Below, piece by piece: positions 61,661 through 64,000 of a stretch of 64,000 nucleotides of DNA. This DNA comes from Obrimoposthia wandeli (lineage: Eukaryota), in assembly GCA_977020255.1 (NCBI GenBank), contig CDROCS010000316.1, forward strand, positions 62,001-126,000. Reading direction: 5' to 3'. The number at the start of each line of letters is the position of its first letter. Within the stretch, counting starts at the first letter, position 1. The notes beneath the pieces are model-generated. The model worked only from the letters and a program-made list of their open reading frames with translations, searched no databases and was not told the DNA's origin. A program made the position numbers and the translations under genes.

Positions 61661-62890
61661 TTATAATAGTACTGTTCCTCCCTTGATAATTTGAACCTCA
61701 GAATCGAATACTCCATAGATTATAATATTAGTAGGATGTTCAAGTGCTTTTGAAAACTTGATTTCTACTTTCAAATTTCCCTGTTTAGGGATTTGAGCTT
61801 GATTAATATCGAAATCAGGAGAGAGAACAAATGTGAACAGTGTATACTTGTCCTTGAAATCAGTCATTGAAATTCCAATATTAGCATCCTTATCCAAATG
61901 ACCAATATTTATAATTAAAGATTGCACATAAGAAAACACATAATCATGGTTTTCAAAGTCATTCGTATAAGATTCTTGACAATCAATATTTCGTGCAAGT
62001 TTAATTGAGCTCACATTCATGTGTCCAAATTGAGAAACCTCATTTTTAGACTCAACTCCATATGTAGAAGTGTTTTGGAAAGCAATTAAAACAAAGTTTG
62101 GAAGTTGCATATCACCAAATATCTAATCCTTGTAATAAGATAGTACTCCCGTAGGGATAACATGAGAAACAAGATTAGGTTTTCTAATAGGATAACATGC
62201 ATTTTGCTTCTCCAACCCTATTCAATGTGCAATAAGTACAGATGGTTCCACCTTTACTCTTCGAACCAACAGTTTTGCTTCCGTAATCTCAATTGCAGCT
62301 TTAATAGTATCGGCGCAAACAACACTAAAACCTACTGGATTTCTCTTCATTCGAATATGTGCACTTACACCGGGTAAAAGATACTTTGGTTGCTTAAAGA
62401 AATCCAAATGAAGACTCCCACAAAGTGACAATACTTTAGATTTCGCAATCGAAGCAGTTCTTCTTTTTTCATCATCATCAAACCCAATTACATCAAGATT
62501 AATCAATTTCGTATCATTACCGTAATTCAGTAATGTTTCAATCATTGCTTTATGGGTGTAGCTAGTATTATTTCCCTCAACTTTCACATTATTGAGACTG
62601 AGAATCACATCCTTGAAAAGAGTATGCAACATGTAATTAGCTGATTTGATATCCAAATCATCATCCAAATCACCTACTCCTTCCTTTGTAACTTTCAATT
62701 TAACGAGAAATAAACTATCGTTCAAATCAAGATATTGAGTATTGGATCCATTTATATTGAATTCTAAATCCGGAGAAGATGTCCCGTTAACCGTATTTGT
62801 CGGAAATATTTCTTCAAAACTAGCACTATCAACCACAACTTGAGGTATAGGTTTATCGAATATACACAATTCAGTTTTAGCACAACTCAT
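61661..62890 (-). pseudogene. Polinton major capsid protein, frameshifted
   Basis: ORFs 62222-62890 (KTELCIFDKPIPQVVV..YLDLNDSL..LLVRRVKV) and 61661-62110 (QLPNFVLIAF..FVLSPD..GNLKVEIKF). Confidence 0.92.
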
Positions 62891-63250
62891 TACTTAAAAA
62901 TTGTTCCCCCTAGTTTCAAACGTTTGTTTATACCCGATGCTTTAGATGTTTTCTTACGTTTATAACAACTTCCCTTTTGAATTTTCTTTTTCAAAAATTC
63001 AGCTATACTTGGTGAAATTTCTCACCTGATCCAAGGCTGCATCCTTTAGTGTGGGAAGAAATTTCTCATCACCAGACAAGTATTTTGATCCAACATTAGC
63101 AATAAATTTTTCGAGTTGCTTGAGTAGTGGGAAAGCAAAGCGACCAAAAACCTTCAGCCATCCTAATCCATACTGTTTTCCCACAAAATAAGGCAAATCA
63201 CCTCCTTGCCTCGGTTTACTATACGCATCGATTATACTTGAATCAATCAT
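62891..63250 (-). pseudogene. Polinton small core-like protein
   Basis: RQGGDLPYFVGKQYGLGWLKVFGRFAFP; frameshift near 63000. Confidence 0.7.
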
Positions 63251-64000
63251 AATTTACGAAAATGAACCGTTAAACTTGTTTTAGCTCTGTAAGCAAATGT
63301 AATTAATCTTCCAGAATCATTACGTATATTAACTTCAATATTGTTTATAGAAGAAGAACTCACTGGAATATACATTGGATTTTCAATTGGAATATGTATA
63401 ACATCACCATACTTGTGCTTTTCCTGTTGAACCCAAATTGCTTTAATTAAGGGAAGTTTCCTTCCTCCTACGAATATTGGTTCAGTAATACTCGTGTAGA
63501 TATAAATCTTATTATATGCATTAGTCATTTTAGGAATAATCTTTGCTTTGAAAACCTCATTTTTATTTTCAAATTCATTTTCATCAAAACCGATAATTGA
63601 GGCTAATGATTTTTCCATGACAACCTTTTCAATATTGGATTTCAATTTGAAATGAATCAATTTATTAACTAGTTTAAAGTTTTCAAATACATTTGGTAAC
63701 ACTGTTTTAAAATGTTTACACATGCTTTCACTATCGGGAAAAAAAAATCATTGGGAACTGAATATATTTTCCTCTCGCGTATAGTGAATCTGCTTTTTAT
63801 CTTGAATGTAATTATCGGATACTTGACATGATTATCCATAATTCCCGAACCCACATGCTTTCCTTTTTCAACGTTAGACAGAAATTCATATTGTTCTGCA
63901 ACAATTTCATAATTAAAAACTATTTCAAAATTATCCCCTTTTTCTGTAATTTGAATTCGATTCTCTTTATTTAAAAAGATTGTGAAATAATCGCCTGACT
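63247..64000 (-). pseudogene. Polinton minor capsid (penton-like) protein, C-terminal part
   Basis: IYIYTSITEPIFVGGRKLPLIK..ENPMYIPV..IEVNIRNDSGRLITF..SLTVHFRK. Confidence 0.88.

Larger units (their letters stand above)
56968..64000 (-). mobile_element. Polinton/Maverick (adintovirus-like) element 2, continuing beyond the right edge
   Basis: Terminus AGTAGGTAGA at 56968; pPolB, DxE gene, protease, MCP, core-like ORF and penton all on the minus strand. Confidence 0.92.

Noticed and set aside
1-64000. tRNA, rRNA or bacterial operon features
   Set aside because: None recognised; spliceosomal introns and animal TE families indicate eukaryotic nuclear DNA

Overview
This is an AT-rich eukaryotic (animal) genomic window, not prokaryotic, and most of it is nested and decayed mobile elements. 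The only clear host gene is a DEG/ENaC ion channel, seen as its last two GC-rich exons (22274-22797 and 30791-31583) separated by an 8 kb TE-filled intron; its 5' exons are not visible in the window. Two related, decayed Polinton/Maverick (adintovirus-like) elements are present. Element 1 spans about 31953-40500 (+). Element 2 spans 56968 to beyond 64000 (-). Both carry penton, core-like protein, major capsid, adenain protease and a DxE accessory gene; integrase is seen only in element 1 and a long pPolB only in element 2. Element 1's pPolB remnant is split by a hAT element with an intact 456-aa transposase. The window also holds two Ty3/Gypsy relics, an R2/NeSL-type fragment, Tc1/mariner, pogo and hAT relics, MITEs, LINE debris and satellites. 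The most unusual structure is a 164-bp direct repeat (41351-41514 and 54079-54242) containing a type I hammerhead ribozyme fold with a G12A change. At the second copy, a REX4/ISG20-like exonuclease ORF (+) and a micro-intron-spliced basic ORF plus a coiled-coil ORF (-) converge on the repeat, which is reminiscent of giant Penelope-like retroelements. All family calls come from motif recognition by eye; no database search was run.
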